Below are positions 51,901 to 60,833 of a stretch of 64,000 nt of DNA, piece by piece. Each line of letters begins with the position of its first letter. Position 1 is the stretch's first letter. Both the position numbers and the translations under genes were made by a program. Origin of the DNA: Minisyncoccota bacterium (GTDB lineage: Bacteria > Patescibacteriota > Minisyncoccia > UBA6257 > GWB1-50-10); assembly GCA_020059915.1 (NCBI GenBank), contig JAGVBB010000007.1:2873-66872 (forward strand), in the 5' to 3' direction. A model generated the notes under the pieces. The model did no database searches. It was not told where the DNA came from and saw only the letters and a list, made by a program, of their open reading frames with translations.

Positions 51901-52179
51901 ATGAAATGTGTAGATGCCTACACGATATGCATCTTGTCCAATAAACTGTTGCAAACGCTCACGCATGTTGTGTGCCCCCGCCTCAGTAAATGTTAAACAC
52001 AAAATATTACTTGGAGCAGCGCCAGTTTTTTTTAAAATATTAGCAACGCGTAATGCCAAAATTTGCGTTTTCCCCGTACCCGGACCAGCGACAACCATGA
52101 CTGGCCCGTCAATGGTATCTACCGCAATTTTCTGTTCATTATTTAATTCTTTATATTTTTTTGAGAAAATATCGTCCAT
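48976..52179 (-). CDS. UvrD/PcrA-family helicase with C-terminal PD-(D/E)XK nuclease (AddA/RecB-like)
   Basis: Walker A AGPGTGKT, UvrD motifs (ILIDEFQDTN, VGDDDQAIY, NYRS), C-terminal RecB-type nuclease region (GRIDLLD ... TDFKTG). Confidence 0.85.
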   Translation of the reverse strand: MDDIFSKKYKELNNEQKIAVDTIDGPVMVVAGPGTGKTQILALRVANILKKTGAAPSNILCLTFTEAGAHNMRERLQQFIGQDAYRVGIYTFHAFCNSIISRYPEYFYNSTSYSLAGDLDRVEIIDELFNALPHGHPLASQHPELGYVYRGSILERIKHIKNGGFAPDEYIKLVEALIAEHNVIHTVLCNWPERLAIKQIEDVVRIQQDLLRLGNTYGAYLSKTLEIAIDSARELGKMEAVGNWKKKYTEKDEHDVVVLKDSKRVHVMRAVAEFYQNYTKALHARGMYDYDDLIIEVTHTLETDSIIRNELEEQYQYILIDEFQDTNEAQMRLVRAITSHEIHNGQPNVMTVGDDDQAIYKFQGAEVSNINDFRKTYKNVRVIVLDKNYRSHQRILDYARDIVIQGKNRLEGNFEDITKKLSQGNEHITHSEVIVNQFSSDTEEYAVVTGEIKKLIDSGKDPNEIAVIARKHAVLSEMLPYLDREKIHYEYTKRSNVFDEPHIQELIHICNYVASIANSGSRRDDLLPIILSFPYFGIPRSTIFNIAVKSKDLHISWAEFILNHEHDARIHDVFKILVDIGAHAETLPLEHLINTYIHESGFRDHYFSKEIMRKQPILYVNFLASLKTFIGALREWREGEPLFARDVEKFVSLHKTERISLICESPVVQSKHSVKLMTAHGAKGLEFDAVFIIGSDDTVWTKRGKMNIATIPAPLVPLITPAGDDEDDFIRLFYVAITRAKQILFISGHNTLLRYLNQKKEEISEINSNNLDEQDIIAYENTLNLISGPYKEEERTVLSRVVGDYKLSITHLNNFINVVDGGPLFFIEQDLLRFPQPKSASSVFGSAIDSSLTELIRFRKFNGIFPELVHILGVFNKELSRGRLPEVELKRQRARGERVLSEYYTQRELCSEHGETQVSIGGIVIGGAPVTGRIDLLDAIDGGLRVTDFKTGRAYNAWDGKLSEHEKIKLYKYKQQLIFYKLLLENSEKNAHPVHSLVLEFVEGIIDGGRRILLPYDPTKEDIERMTLLIGAVYKKVTSLDFPDISHYEKNLKGIITFGDDLINGSI

Positions 52180-52256
52180 AAAACCTATATGTATAGTTGC
52201 ACATTTTTTATGAGAAAGATATATTTAATAAATCTTTCACAATAGTGGGGTATGTC

Positions 52257-52508
52257 ATGAAAAACGCGGGAAAACAAAAGAAAAAAGTAGTAGCCCCACA
52301 CACGTATTATCGGTCGTTTATGTGTGGTACATGTAAACATATATCAAAAAAAGCAAATGTTTTATGGGAACAGTTTGCAAGTGAAAACTGTATTCTTGTA
52401 AGAGTTGAATGTCCAAAATGTGGTCACCAGGAGGTACCATTCTTGGATAAAAAACGTTATATGGAAAACATAATAAACGGAGAATATTTTAAAAACACCC
52501 TACGATGA
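52257..52508 (+). CDS. small zinc-ribbon protein (CxxC...CxxC)
   Basis: MCGTCKH ... CPKCGH cysteine pairs; start uncertain (ORF opens at 52197). Confidence 0.45.
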   Translation: MKNAGKQKKKVVAPHTYYRSFMCGTCKHISKKANVLWEQFASENCILVRVECPKCGHQEVPFLDKKRYMENIINGEYFKNTLR

Positions 52509-53423
52509 GGGTGTTTTAATATTTCCAATCTCTTTCATTGTTTGTAATGCTCGCTTGAACTTTTCCAAATTTTCTTTTGTTGGTCTGGGCATTTCCATAT
52601 CTTTAATCCTGCTATATTCCTCCTCAAGGAGAGAAATATATTTATTAAATGTTTCTTTTTCCAATTGATTGGGCACTCCATGAACATCTCTTGAGAACCC
52701 CCGCATACCACGATTCAATTCCTCCGTGGTTAATGAAAGAAAAAAAACTGGAATGTTACGAATTTCCTTTTGGATAAGTTTATCTCCCTGAGGAACAATG
52801 CCATATTTGATTTTTTTGCCTCCTTTTCCAATAGATTCAACACGCTCCCATTTTTTCTCTTTCCGATCTCCATGAGCATGATCGTGCACCTCATCAAAAG
52901 CACAAACAATATCTCCTGTTTCTTTATCAACAAGATAGTTATCAACTCCAGAAAAATAATCGTCATGCGTTGAAGAACGCACCACGAGAAATCGATCCTT
53001 TAATATTTTGTAGAAAATTGCATTGGTGAGCATCTCCATCTGAGAAGATTTTTCGCGCTCTTTGTCTTTCATGCGGACTTTTGCAATTGCCTCCTTACCT
53101 TCAATTCCTCTCTCTTCTTTATAAAATTTTTGAACGTGTGGATCATGTGCGCCACTCCATTCTATCTCCTTCATAAGGATGTGTTCCTTATCGTTTTTTA
53201 TCTCTTCTGGCGTATATATTCCTCCTTGGGCACGAGAGAAAAAATCCATCTGCAAAATACCACGATCATCCACCAAATCGGTATTTGTTTTATACCTCTC
53301 TTTTACATCTTTATTAATCTCTTTTGATATGTTTTTAGTAAGTAAAAAAAGCGCATCCACAGGATTTTCACGTTGCTCATGATTTTTATCAAATATGGTC
53401 TTTTTCTGCGAATTCTCGTACAT
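52500..53423 (-). CDS. hypothetical charged cytoplasmic protein (307 aa)
   Basis: no recognisable motif by eye; His/Asp cluster FDEVHDHAHGDRKEKKWE; co-directional with and 50 nt downstream of 53474..53998. Confidence 0.5.
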   Translation of the reverse strand: MYENSQKKTIFDKNHEQRENPVDALFLLTKNISKEINKDVKERYKTNTDLVDDRGILQMDFFSRAQGGIYTPEEIKNDKEHILMKEIEWSGAHDPHVQKFYKEERGIEGKEAIAKVRMKDKEREKSSQMEMLTNAIFYKILKDRFLVVRSSTHDDYFSGVDNYLVDKETGDIVCAFDEVHDHAHGDRKEKKWERVESIGKGGKKIKYGIVPQGDKLIQKEIRNIPVFFLSLTTEELNRGMRGFSRDVHGVPNQLEKETFNKYISLLEEEYSRIKDMEMPRPTKENLEKFKRALQTMKEIGNIKTPSS

Positions 53424-53473
53424 GTTCTCTATTTATAATAACAGAATATGCGTTTATATATCACAAAACATCA

Positions 53474-53998
53474 TTATAGTTTTCTTGAGTCATATGCCCA
53501 ATGAAGTAATGCTTGTCTCTGTTTCTTTCTGCAAGCAAGATCTCCCCGCCCGCAATTCTTTTTTATTTGGGCAACATGTCGATTTATGGACTTCCAACGT
53601 TTTATCTGTTGGTCATCATCAGGTCCCCGACGACCCATATAATATCTGCAATACCACTGAAACCACCCACGTGGGTCATCCGGAAATATCCATCCCTTCT
53701 CTATCCACACCGAGAGAGGTTGCGAAGCATCAACTCCAAAATAATTTAACTCTTTGGTGTGCCCAGGCATTCCCTTTGGATGGAACTTTGCATGTATAAA
53801 CCAGTCAGCAGGAAATTCTTTTGTACAGTCCCTCATATATCTACCCCCAAACACACCAAGTTCAAGCATTTCTTTTGGGGTCAGATCTGGGCGGAAATCC
53901 TGATGAAAATTTTTTCCTGCCAGCTCAACACATCTGTACCTATAATTCTTCTGCATTGTATCGTGCACAACAATCCATTCATTCTTTACCATATCCAT
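53474..53998 (-). CDS. hypothetical Trp/Tyr/Cys-rich protein (174 aa), GC-elevated
   Basis: distinctive GWFQWYCRYYMGRRGPDDDQQIKRW block; not assignable to a family by eye. Confidence 0.5.
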   Translation of the reverse strand: MDMVKNEWIVVHDTMQKNYRYRCVELAGKNFHQDFRPDLTPKEMLELGVFGGRYMRDCTKEFPADWFIHAKFHPKGMPGHTKELNYFGVDASQPLSVWIEKGWIFPDDPRGWFQWYCRYYMGRRGPDDDQQIKRWKSINRHVAQIKKNCGRGDLACRKKQRQALLHWAYDSRKL

Positions 53999-54040
53999 AA
54001 TTATAGATTAAAAAGCCACCACATATTGAAGATCTTATGA

Positions 54041-54075
54041 AAATAAAAAGACCGCCCTTTCGGGCGATTTTTAAA
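54041..54075. terminator. intrinsic terminator (GACCGCCC TTTC GGGCGAT + A/T runs)
   Basis: hairpin with T-run on minus strand after 54071..54853 gene. Confidence 0.65.
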
Positions 54076-54853
54076 ATGCAAATGTTATTTTTGCGGTCGC
54101 AACCTCTGTCTGTCCGTCCCAAAATAATTTTAAAAAACTATTTTTTTGATAGACAACAGTCACGCCGGAAATATAGTATGGAGACGAAAGACTTGAAACA
54201 TCATATTCAAGCCATGCATGTAAGAAATTTGTAACTTCTACCTTAAGTTGTGAAAATGCAATATTTCTTCCTTTTTCCTTGGTGGCTCCAACAATAAATG
54301 TGTATACATCTTTTGAAAATCTAGTTGTTACCCCATATCCAATGTCAGAAATAAGAAAAAGTGATACATATGGTGTTTCAATATTTCCAGAAACTTCCTT
54401 TTTATTATTTCTTTCAAATACCGCAATTCGGGTTCCATATCCGCTAACTGTCTTAATTCCCACTTCCAATCCTTCAACTTTCGGAACAAGGGTTTCTGTC
54501 ACAATCGGAAACCGTGATAGTTCGAGTCCTTTTGGTCCATCAAATGGCCAGAGTGCCGGATTTAAAAATCTTCCTGCAGAAACAAACATAGTTGTGTTTT
54601 CCAACAAGGTTTTATTAGTATATCGAATATAAGCGTCCTGAATTTTGTTGTAATACACATCATGTTCAACAGCAATGGAAAATTCCTTACTATCCGATAC
54701 CGGCGCCTCTATTCTTACTCTCATCCAATCATAGACAAACTTTTTGTCTTTTTCGATCGGGATCGACATCGAGCCATAGCCCGAAACTTGTAATTGCTGG
54801 GCAACCACAAAAGAAGAAAAACCAAGAAATAGTACTATCAGCACTTTTTTCAT
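54071..54853 (-). CDS. secreted beta-rich protein ending in aromatic-X-Phe (porin/OMP-like signature)
   Basis: signal peptide MKKVLIVLFLGFSSFVVAQQ, alternating hydrophobic beta-strand pattern, C-terminal TFAF. Confidence 0.5.
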   Translation of the reverse strand: MKKVLIVLFLGFSSFVVAQQLQVSGYGSMSIPIEKDKKFVYDWMRVRIEAPVSDSKEFSIAVEHDVYYNKIQDAYIRYTNKTLLENTTMFVSAGRFLNPALWPFDGPKGLELSRFPIVTETLVPKVEGLEVGIKTVSGYGTRIAVFERNNKKEVSGNIETPYVSLFLISDIGYGVTTRFSKDVYTFIVGATKEKGRNIAFSQLKVEVTNFLHAWLEYDVSSLSSPYYISGVTVVYQKNSFLKLFWDGQTEVATAKITFAF

Positions 54854-54963
54854 TTGTAACTCCAAATTAAATTATTAATGATGATACAATTATAGCATAC
54901 AATATCAAAAAAGTCAATGTTTAACGATATATATCTAATAAATAAAAGGGCGCCCATTGGCGC

Positions 54964-55941
54964 CTATATTTTTATGACTTTTCCATCAATATCACGAAAT
55001 GTGTGAGGAATATGTTTGAACCAAGAAAGTGAAGGAACGCGAATCTTCCCTCTTCCCCCTGGCGCATCAATCACATATTGTGGAAGTGCCAGACCGGGTA
55101 ATAATCCTTCAAGTTTGTGCATAATTTTCACCTCTTTAAAGAACGGAACAACAAAATGCTCCAATCCATTCACATAGTCACATCTATAAATGTAATACGG
55201 AATTATCCCAAGACAATGAAGTTTTGTAAACAATATATCTAGTATTTTGACACTCGTTTCAATATCAGAATCATTATTAGGAAAATAATTTACCCCACTA
55301 AGAAATACTGTTTGACTAAGAAGTGTGATACCTTTCTGCCGGAGCATCCAAATCACACGTTCAACGCTAGGAGTAATCTCATCTGGGTGATTAAAGTGTA
55401 TAAGGATATACACCGGATTTGTAAATTTATTTAATTTTTCAACTCGCTCAAGCACTTCTTGGATGCGAACATTATTAAAACTTTCTGGAGCATGAACAGG
55501 TAAACGTGTTCCAACACGAATTACTTTTACCGACTTTATTGGTTCAAGAAGTTCAAGAAATGTAAATGTAACATTGGGAGTGAAAAATGGATCCCCTCCA
55601 GAAAGAATGACCTCATAAATCTCCGTATGTTCTTTGATGTAGTTGATAATATTTATAATATCTTCTTTTGTGAGATCGCCATCCGCAGATCCAATCTCGC
55701 GACAACGGGTACAAAACTGACAATGCCCGCCACATCTATTTGAAACCTTTATAAGTGCTACACGCGTGTACTTGTGTACCAACCCCTTCACCGGACTATA
55801 TTTTTCTTCTTCTCCCAATGGATCAAGGGTTGGGAACTTCTTTTTTGTGATTGTTTGTTTCATTTTCACAAACTGATTTTTTATTGCCTCGCTCCCCGCA
55901 TTAATAAGCGCGCGAAGATGTGGCGTGATTCTCTCTTTCAT
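54964..55941 (-). CDS. KamA-family radical SAM protein (lysine 2,3-aminomutase-like, EpmB-like)
   Basis: CxxxCxxC cluster CGGHCQFC, KamA-type blocks ILSGGDPF and C-terminal region. Confidence 0.75.
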   Translation of the reverse strand: MKERITPHLRALINAGSEAIKNQFVKMKQTITKKKFPTLDPLGEEEKYSPVKGLVHKYTRVALIKVSNRCGGHCQFCTRCREIGSADGDLTKEDIINIINYIKEHTEIYEVILSGGDPFFTPNVTFTFLELLEPIKSVKVIRVGTRLPVHAPESFNNVRIQEVLERVEKLNKFTNPVYILIHFNHPDEITPSVERVIWMLRQKGITLLSQTVFLSGVNYFPNNDSDIETSVKILDILFTKLHCLGIIPYYIYRCDYVNGLEHFVVPFFKEVKIMHKLEGLLPGLALPQYVIDAPGGRGKIRVPSLSWFKHIPHTFRDIDGKVIKI

Positions 55942-56053
55942 AACAACCTCGTAAATGTTAATAATCTGAAATGATTCTACTCCAAAATAGATTAATGAAC
56001 AATTTTTTACGCCTCTTTATAAAAATGGGAATTCTCTATACAATCGGAAGGTA

Positions 56054-56800
56054 ATGAGTGTTATTCCGCTATATAAAAACCCGGGAGAAACGCCTCTTGA
56101 AACCATCAAGCGGTTTAAGTCAAAAAACCAAAAATACAAAGATGAACCCATGTCTTACGCTGGACGTCTTGATCCAATGGCGGAGGGAGTTCTTTTGGTT
56201 TTATTGGGTGACGAATTAACACGCAAAGACGCATATCAAAAACTAAATAAAACATATGTCGCCGAAATTTTGTTTGATGTTGAAAGCGACACATATGATG
56301 TATTGGGGGTCATTCATAATACGAAAAACGTAACAATATCAGATTCTGACCTGAATACGAAACTTACTGAAATGACGGGAGCATTATGCATAACACTTCC
56401 CCCATTCTCATCGTACAGAATAGGTGGAAAACCACTATTCTGGTGGGCAAAAGAAAAAAGAATTCATGAAATAGAGATACCAAAACGTACCGTCACTATA
56501 TTTTCTGCCTCGCTTGAATCTTTCCAAAAAAAATGCGGAAGGGAAATACGAGATGAAGCGGTGAAAAAAATAAACTTGGTAAGTGGTGATTTTAGACAAA
56601 AAGAAATTATTGATTCTTGGAATACATTTGATATACACAAAACATATACCGTTGCGAGGATATCATATACCTGCTCGAGTGGAACATATATTAGATCTCT
56701 TGCAACGATACTTGGTGAGAAACTCAACACCACGGCGATATTGTTTAATTTGAAAAGAACCGCTGTTGGTAATTACTCCTTATCAGATTGCCTACCATAA
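56054..56800 (+). CDS. truB: tRNA pseudouridine(55) synthase (short form, no PUA domain)
   Basis: catalytic Asp motif YAGRLDPMAEGVLLVLLG. Confidence 0.85.
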   Translation: MSVIPLYKNPGETPLETIKRFKSKNQKYKDEPMSYAGRLDPMAEGVLLVLLGDELTRKDAYQKLNKTYVAEILFDVESDTYDVLGVIHNTKNVTISDSDLNTKLTEMTGALCITLPPFSSYRIGGKPLFWWAKEKRIHEIEIPKRTVTIFSASLESFQKKCGREIRDEAVKKINLVSGDFRQKEIIDSWNTFDIHKTYTVARISYTCSSGTYIRSLATILGEKLNTTAILFNLKRTAVGNYSLSDCLP

Positions 56801-56801
56801 T

Positions 56802-56828
56802 AAAAAACACCCTCTTGGGTGCTTTTTA
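56802..56828. terminator. bidirectional intrinsic terminator (AACACCC TCTT GGGTGCTT)
   Basis: hairpin with A/T flanks between convergent truB and cspA. Confidence 0.7.
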
Positions 56829-56842
56829 TATATCGTTCTGAT

Positions 56843-57043
56843 TTAGGCACGTGTTACATTTACTGCGTTTGGTCCTTTTGGAGTTTCCCCCTTTTCAAAA
56901 GATACTCTATCTCCTCTCTTGAGCTCATCAAGGCTCACGCCTTGCAATTCACTCTTGTGAAAAAATAAATCTCTCTCTTCGCCGTCAACGCTAATAAATC
57001 CAAAATCCTTACCTTCAACAATATTCTTTATTGTTCCTTCCAT
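56843..57043 (-). CDS. cspA: cold-shock protein
   Basis: RNP1 KDFGFI and RNP2 LFFH motifs; 66 aa; long AT-rich 5' UTR upstream. Confidence 0.92.
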   Translation of the reverse strand: MEGTIKNIVEGKDFGFISVDGEERDLFFHKSELQGVSLDELKRGDRVSFEKGETPKGPNAVNVTRA

Positions 57044-57174
57044 GATTATAAATTAATTTAATTTTTTAAAGTGTGTTCCTTGAATAAATCGACTAAGTTT
57101 GTATCAAAAACTATCTTACCAAGGGTGATAATAGCACTAAACAGTCGTTTAGTCGAGTGTGCAGAATAAAACCA

Positions 57175-58425
57175 CTATGAGGCACTATTTCCTGCAATAA
57201 ACCCAGTAGTCCAACACAGTTGAAGGCTATACCCCCCTGATGGACGATTAATATCAAGTATGTCTCCCACAAGATACAAGTTTGGTACAAAACGCGACTC
57301 CATTGTCTTAAAATTTATATCCTTGGGAGAAATACCACCGGAAGAAATAATTGCCTTACTTGCCCCAAGCAACCCCCCAACATCCATGACCATCTCTTTT
57401 ACACACGCAACAAGTTTTATCCTTTCCTCGTGTCGTACGCTATGGTTTGGAGTATCTCCATCTATGTGTGTAAGTCCTAATATGATTGGAACAAATGCTG
57501 TTGGAATAAAATCGCTTAATGTATTTTTTAACTTCCTATTACTTTCTTTTATAAGGGCACTTTGAATATTTGCCTTTAACATTCCATGATCAAGCGCTGG
57601 AAACATGTCTAAAACAATAGTTACCTTGCCATAACGTAACAACTCTCCAATATCCCTACTCATATTCAATACCGTTGGACCGCTAATGCCAAAATGAGTA
57701 AACAATAATTTCCCCTTTTTTGAATCCTGTCTTTTTCCATCCTGAAACACGGTTAATTTAACATCAGATATTGTTACTCCAGCAAGTCGTTTGACCCAAT
57801 CATTTTTAATAGTAATGGGGACAAGTGCAAAATCATTTTTTACAATGGTATGCCCATGGCGTTCAAGCCACACAAAACCATCTCCCGTGGATCCGGTCTC
57901 TGGATGTGATGTTCCACCAGTAGCAAGAATACAAGAATGGGTAATTAATTTTTTATCGTCCTCTGTCTTGATAACAAAATTTTTATTCTTTTTATCAAAA
58001 GAAAACTCTGTGACTCCTGTATTCTTTTTGATGCTAACATTTCCAGAATTCATATAATCTACCAAAACATCAAGAACCGATTGTGACATATTAGACTCTG
58101 GAAATACCCTCCCTTCTGCCTCAATGTTTGTTTTCATTCCACGAGAATTAAAAAAATCTAATGTCTCCCGAACGCCAAATTGTGAAAATGGGGACATAAG
58201 AAATTGATCACTCCCCGTATATTGAAGAGCCATGGTTCGAATGGACTGTTTGTTGTTGGTAAGATTGCAACGACCACCACCACTTATGAGTAGTTTTTTC
58301 CCAAGAACCTTGTTCTTTTCTAACAACAAGACAGAACGACCCCGTTCTCCAGCTCTCCCCGCTGCCATCATGCCCGCTGGTCCCCCACCAATAACAATCA
58401 CATCCCACTGTTTTTTGTCCTGCAT
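57175..58425 (-). CDS. HI0933-family FAD-dependent oxidoreductase (BaiN/aminoacetone oxidase-like)
   Basis: DVIVIGGGPAGMMAA dinucleotide motif and HI0933-like C-terminal half. Confidence 0.8.
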   Translation of the reverse strand: MQDKKQWDVIVIGGGPAGMMAAGRAGERGRSVLLLEKNKVLGKKLLISGGGRCNLTNNKQSIRTMALQYTGSDQFLMSPFSQFGVRETLDFFNSRGMKTNIEAEGRVFPESNMSQSVLDVLVDYMNSGNVSIKKNTGVTEFSFDKKNKNFVIKTEDDKKLITHSCILATGGTSHPETGSTGDGFVWLERHGHTIVKNDFALVPITIKNDWVKRLAGVTISDVKLTVFQDGKRQDSKKGKLLFTHFGISGPTVLNMSRDIGELLRYGKVTIVLDMFPALDHGMLKANIQSALIKESNRKLKNTLSDFIPTAFVPIILGLTHIDGDTPNHSVRHEERIKLVACVKEMVMDVGGLLGASKAIISSGGISPKDINFKTMESRFVPNLYLVGDILDINRPSGGYSLQLCWTTGFIAGNSAS

Positions 58426-58431
58426 ATATAG

Positions 58432-58998
58432 TTATAAAATTTCCTGAAGCAACTCATTAATTCCTGTTTTCTCTTTTGTTGATAGTGGAATAATTCTATG
58501 ACTTCCAACTGCCTGCTGTATTTTATTTATCTGACTGTTATAATCTTTTCTTTTTAATTTATCTATCTTATTTGCGATGACAATAATGTCTTTTCTAAAA
58601 TCTACCAATTTCTGTAACATTTCTAAATCGTCCTTCGTTGGACCGACAACCGCATCAATGATTAATACAACCTTTTTTTGATTGTGACCGGGAGTAAAGA
58701 AATACCAATCTATAATAGATGCGAGATTATCTCTTGTCTCGTGAGAAACCCTTGCATACCCATATCCAGGAAGATCAATGAAATATAATGCTTTGTTTAT
58801 TAAAAAAACATTTATCATTTGGGTGCGCCCAGGAAAGGAGCTTGTTCTTGCTAGATTACCCTGGTTCGTTAATGAGTTTATAATACTTGATTTTCCGACA
58901 TTCGATCTCCCAATAAAAGCGACCTGAGGTATGCCATCTTCAAATATATGATCATGATCAACTATGCTTTTTATAAATTGAGAAGATACTACTTTCAT
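58432..58998 (-). CDS. engB: ribosome biogenesis GTP-binding protein YihA/YsxC
   Basis: G1 GRSNVGKSS, G3 DLPGYG, G4 NKID. Confidence 0.88.
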   Translation of the reverse strand: MKVVSSQFIKSIVDHDHIFEDGIPQVAFIGRSNVGKSSIINSLTNQGNLARTSSFPGRTQMINVFLINKALYFIDLPGYGYARVSHETRDNLASIIDWYFFTPGHNQKKVVLIIDAVVGPTKDDLEMLQKLVDFRKDIIVIANKIDKLKRKDYNSQINKIQQAVGSHRIIPLSTKEKTGINELLQEIL

Positions 58999-59041
58999 AT
59001 ATGATAATATGAAAACCGATTTCTATGATCGGTTTTCAATT

Positions 59042-59662
59042 TTATTTCTTCGTTTTTGCTTTTGTTGTCTTTTTTGCCTTCGCTGTCGTTTTTTCTTTTT
59101 TCTGTTTCTTTTCTGTGGAAACAATTTTCTCTTCTTTCTCCACTTTCTCTTTTGTGTCCCGAGAAAGAACAAGAGAGTTCATGATACGTAGTATGGTATC
59201 AAGCTTCTCACTTATCATTTTCAAATCCTCGTTGGACCGATTGTTGTTCCCTCCTCTTGTCACATCAGAACCCTTACCAAAACATTGATTACAATAAATT
59301 GGTTTCCCTTTTGTTGGACTAAATGGAACCTCACAGCGCTCCTTACACTCATCACATATTGCACTAAACATTTGTTTGTCTTGATATGATCTCCCTTTCC
59401 TGTCTCCAAAACCAGCTTTTTTAAATTTATTACCACCACCAAATCTCTCCTGAGAACCCTCGTCATGATTTCTGAAACAATCGCTACAATATACTGGTCT
59501 ATTTCCCGTTGGTTTGAATGGGATTTCACACTCCTTTTTACAATCGCTACATATTGCCTTGTTCATGCCCATTCCTCTACCACCACCAAAACTACGCCCA
59601 CCGGAATCTCTTCCCGCAAAGCCTCTTCCACCCGATTTACCCCCTCGTTTAAAAGTTTTCAT
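59042..59662 (-). CDS. Gly/Arg-rich protein with two CxxC-X10-12-PxYCxxCF zinc ribbons and Lys-rich tail
   Basis: RGG-like N-terminus (GGRGFAGRDSGGRSFGGGRG), duplicated CSDCKKECEIPFKPTGNRPVYCSDCF / CDECKERCEVPFSPTKGKPIYCNQCF modules, C-terminal KKxK tail. Confidence 0.7.
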   Translation of the reverse strand: MKTFKRGGKSGGRGFAGRDSGGRSFGGGRGMGMNKAICSDCKKECEIPFKPTGNRPVYCSDCFRNHDEGSQERFGGGNKFKKAGFGDRKGRSYQDKQMFSAICDECKERCEVPFSPTKGKPIYCNQCFGKGSDVTRGGNNNRSNEDLKMISEKLDTILRIMNSLVLSRDTKEKVEKEEKIVSTEKKQKKEKTTAKAKKTTKAKTKK

Positions 59663-59722
59663 TTATTTGGTTATTACTTGAACTCTATTCCTTTTTTCCA
59701 TAAACAGCAAACAAGCCCCAAA

Positions 59723-60823
59723 TTAGGATATCTCCCTACCCATATCTTGAACCACATCCTTTTGATTCACATAATATTCACTAAATTTATTTTTCTTTAT
59801 AAAAAGATATAAAACAAAAAATATTGGCATGGTTACCCAAATATAGCCCGTATATGGCGCAAGTATCCAGATCGTAAAATCAATGACCATCCAATGGTAT
59901 ATATACAAATGCAGTGTGTTGTCTCCCAATAATCGTATTCCCGCGAGTATTTTTTGGATCCATGGAGTATTTTTTTTCTCAAAATAATGGAATCCATACA
60001 GAAAAAGGGACATAACAAAAATGCTAAAAACAATAAAATAAGGGTCTAGAGGAAATTGATAACTTGAAGGGAATAATGGTTTTCCCTGAAAAGAAAATAC
60101 TAATATATAGATTGTTAGTACTATACTGCTTATAACAAAAATATTTTTTTTCTGCTTTTCAAATCCAATCTGAGCAAAAGAGAAACCGATAAGAAATGGT
60201 ACAAACCATAATGCAATGGGAAATAGCGCATATCCATTGGTATATAAGAAATTAATAATGGGATTATTAATAGTGGGGACGTTTGTCACATAATTAATAA
60301 AAAAGAATAAAACAGCAAGGATGGCTATACTAATTTTTGAATATGTTATTTTTTTGTCTATCAATAATAAAAATGGTGATACTGCAAGAAAACATACATA
60401 TGCGATAAGTATAGTAAGAGGAACAGAAAAGCTATGAAAAGTGAGTATGTGTTGGAATGTGAGTGTACCAATGGTTATAAATTCTTCATAAAATGGTTCT
60501 GTGGAAAAATCAAAGATAAACAATTTTATAAAACTATATGCATAATAAAACAGCAACAATTGTGCACTTCTATATATGAGACGCTCAAATATTTTGCGTA
60601 TTGGTTTGTTTTTATATGCAATAAGAATAACTGCCCCAGAAGTGAGAATAAAAAGCAGAATCCCAACATGAAATAACTCCTTTAATAGAAAAACTCCCAA
60701 TGGAACAGGCGCACCAGACCAATCAATAAGATGAATGAGAACAATAAAAACAAGCGCAATGCCCTTTATGTATGAAATATAGAAATTTACTTTTTTCTTT
60801 TGAACACCAGTTGATGGCTCCAT
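59723..60823 (-). CDS. acyltransferase-3 family-like polytopic membrane protein
   Basis: about 10 TM helices, N-terminal YISYIKGIALVFIVLIHL block resembling Acyl_transf_3. Confidence 0.5.
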   Translation of the reverse strand: MEPSTGVQKKKVNFYISYIKGIALVFIVLIHLIDWSGAPVPLGVFLLKELFHVGILLFILTSGAVILIAYKNKPIRKIFERLIYRSAQLLLFYYAYSFIKLFIFDFSTEPFYEEFITIGTLTFQHILTFHSFSVPLTILIAYVCFLAVSPFLLLIDKKITYSKISIAILAVLFFFINYVTNVPTINNPIINFLYTNGYALFPIALWFVPFLIGFSFAQIGFEKQKKNIFVISSIVLTIYILVFSFQGKPLFPSSYQFPLDPYFIVFSIFVMSLFLYGFHYFEKKNTPWIQKILAGIRLLGDNTLHLYIYHWMVIDFTIWILAPYTGYIWVTMPIFFVLYLFIKKNKFSEYYVNQKDVVQDMGREIS

Positions 60824-60833
60824 AGTACTTCTC

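Noticed and set aside
59009-59288. Two plus-strand ORFs (60 and 87 aa) rich in Phe/Cys
   Set aside because: Antisense to the Lys-rich tail of the zinc-ribbon protein gene.
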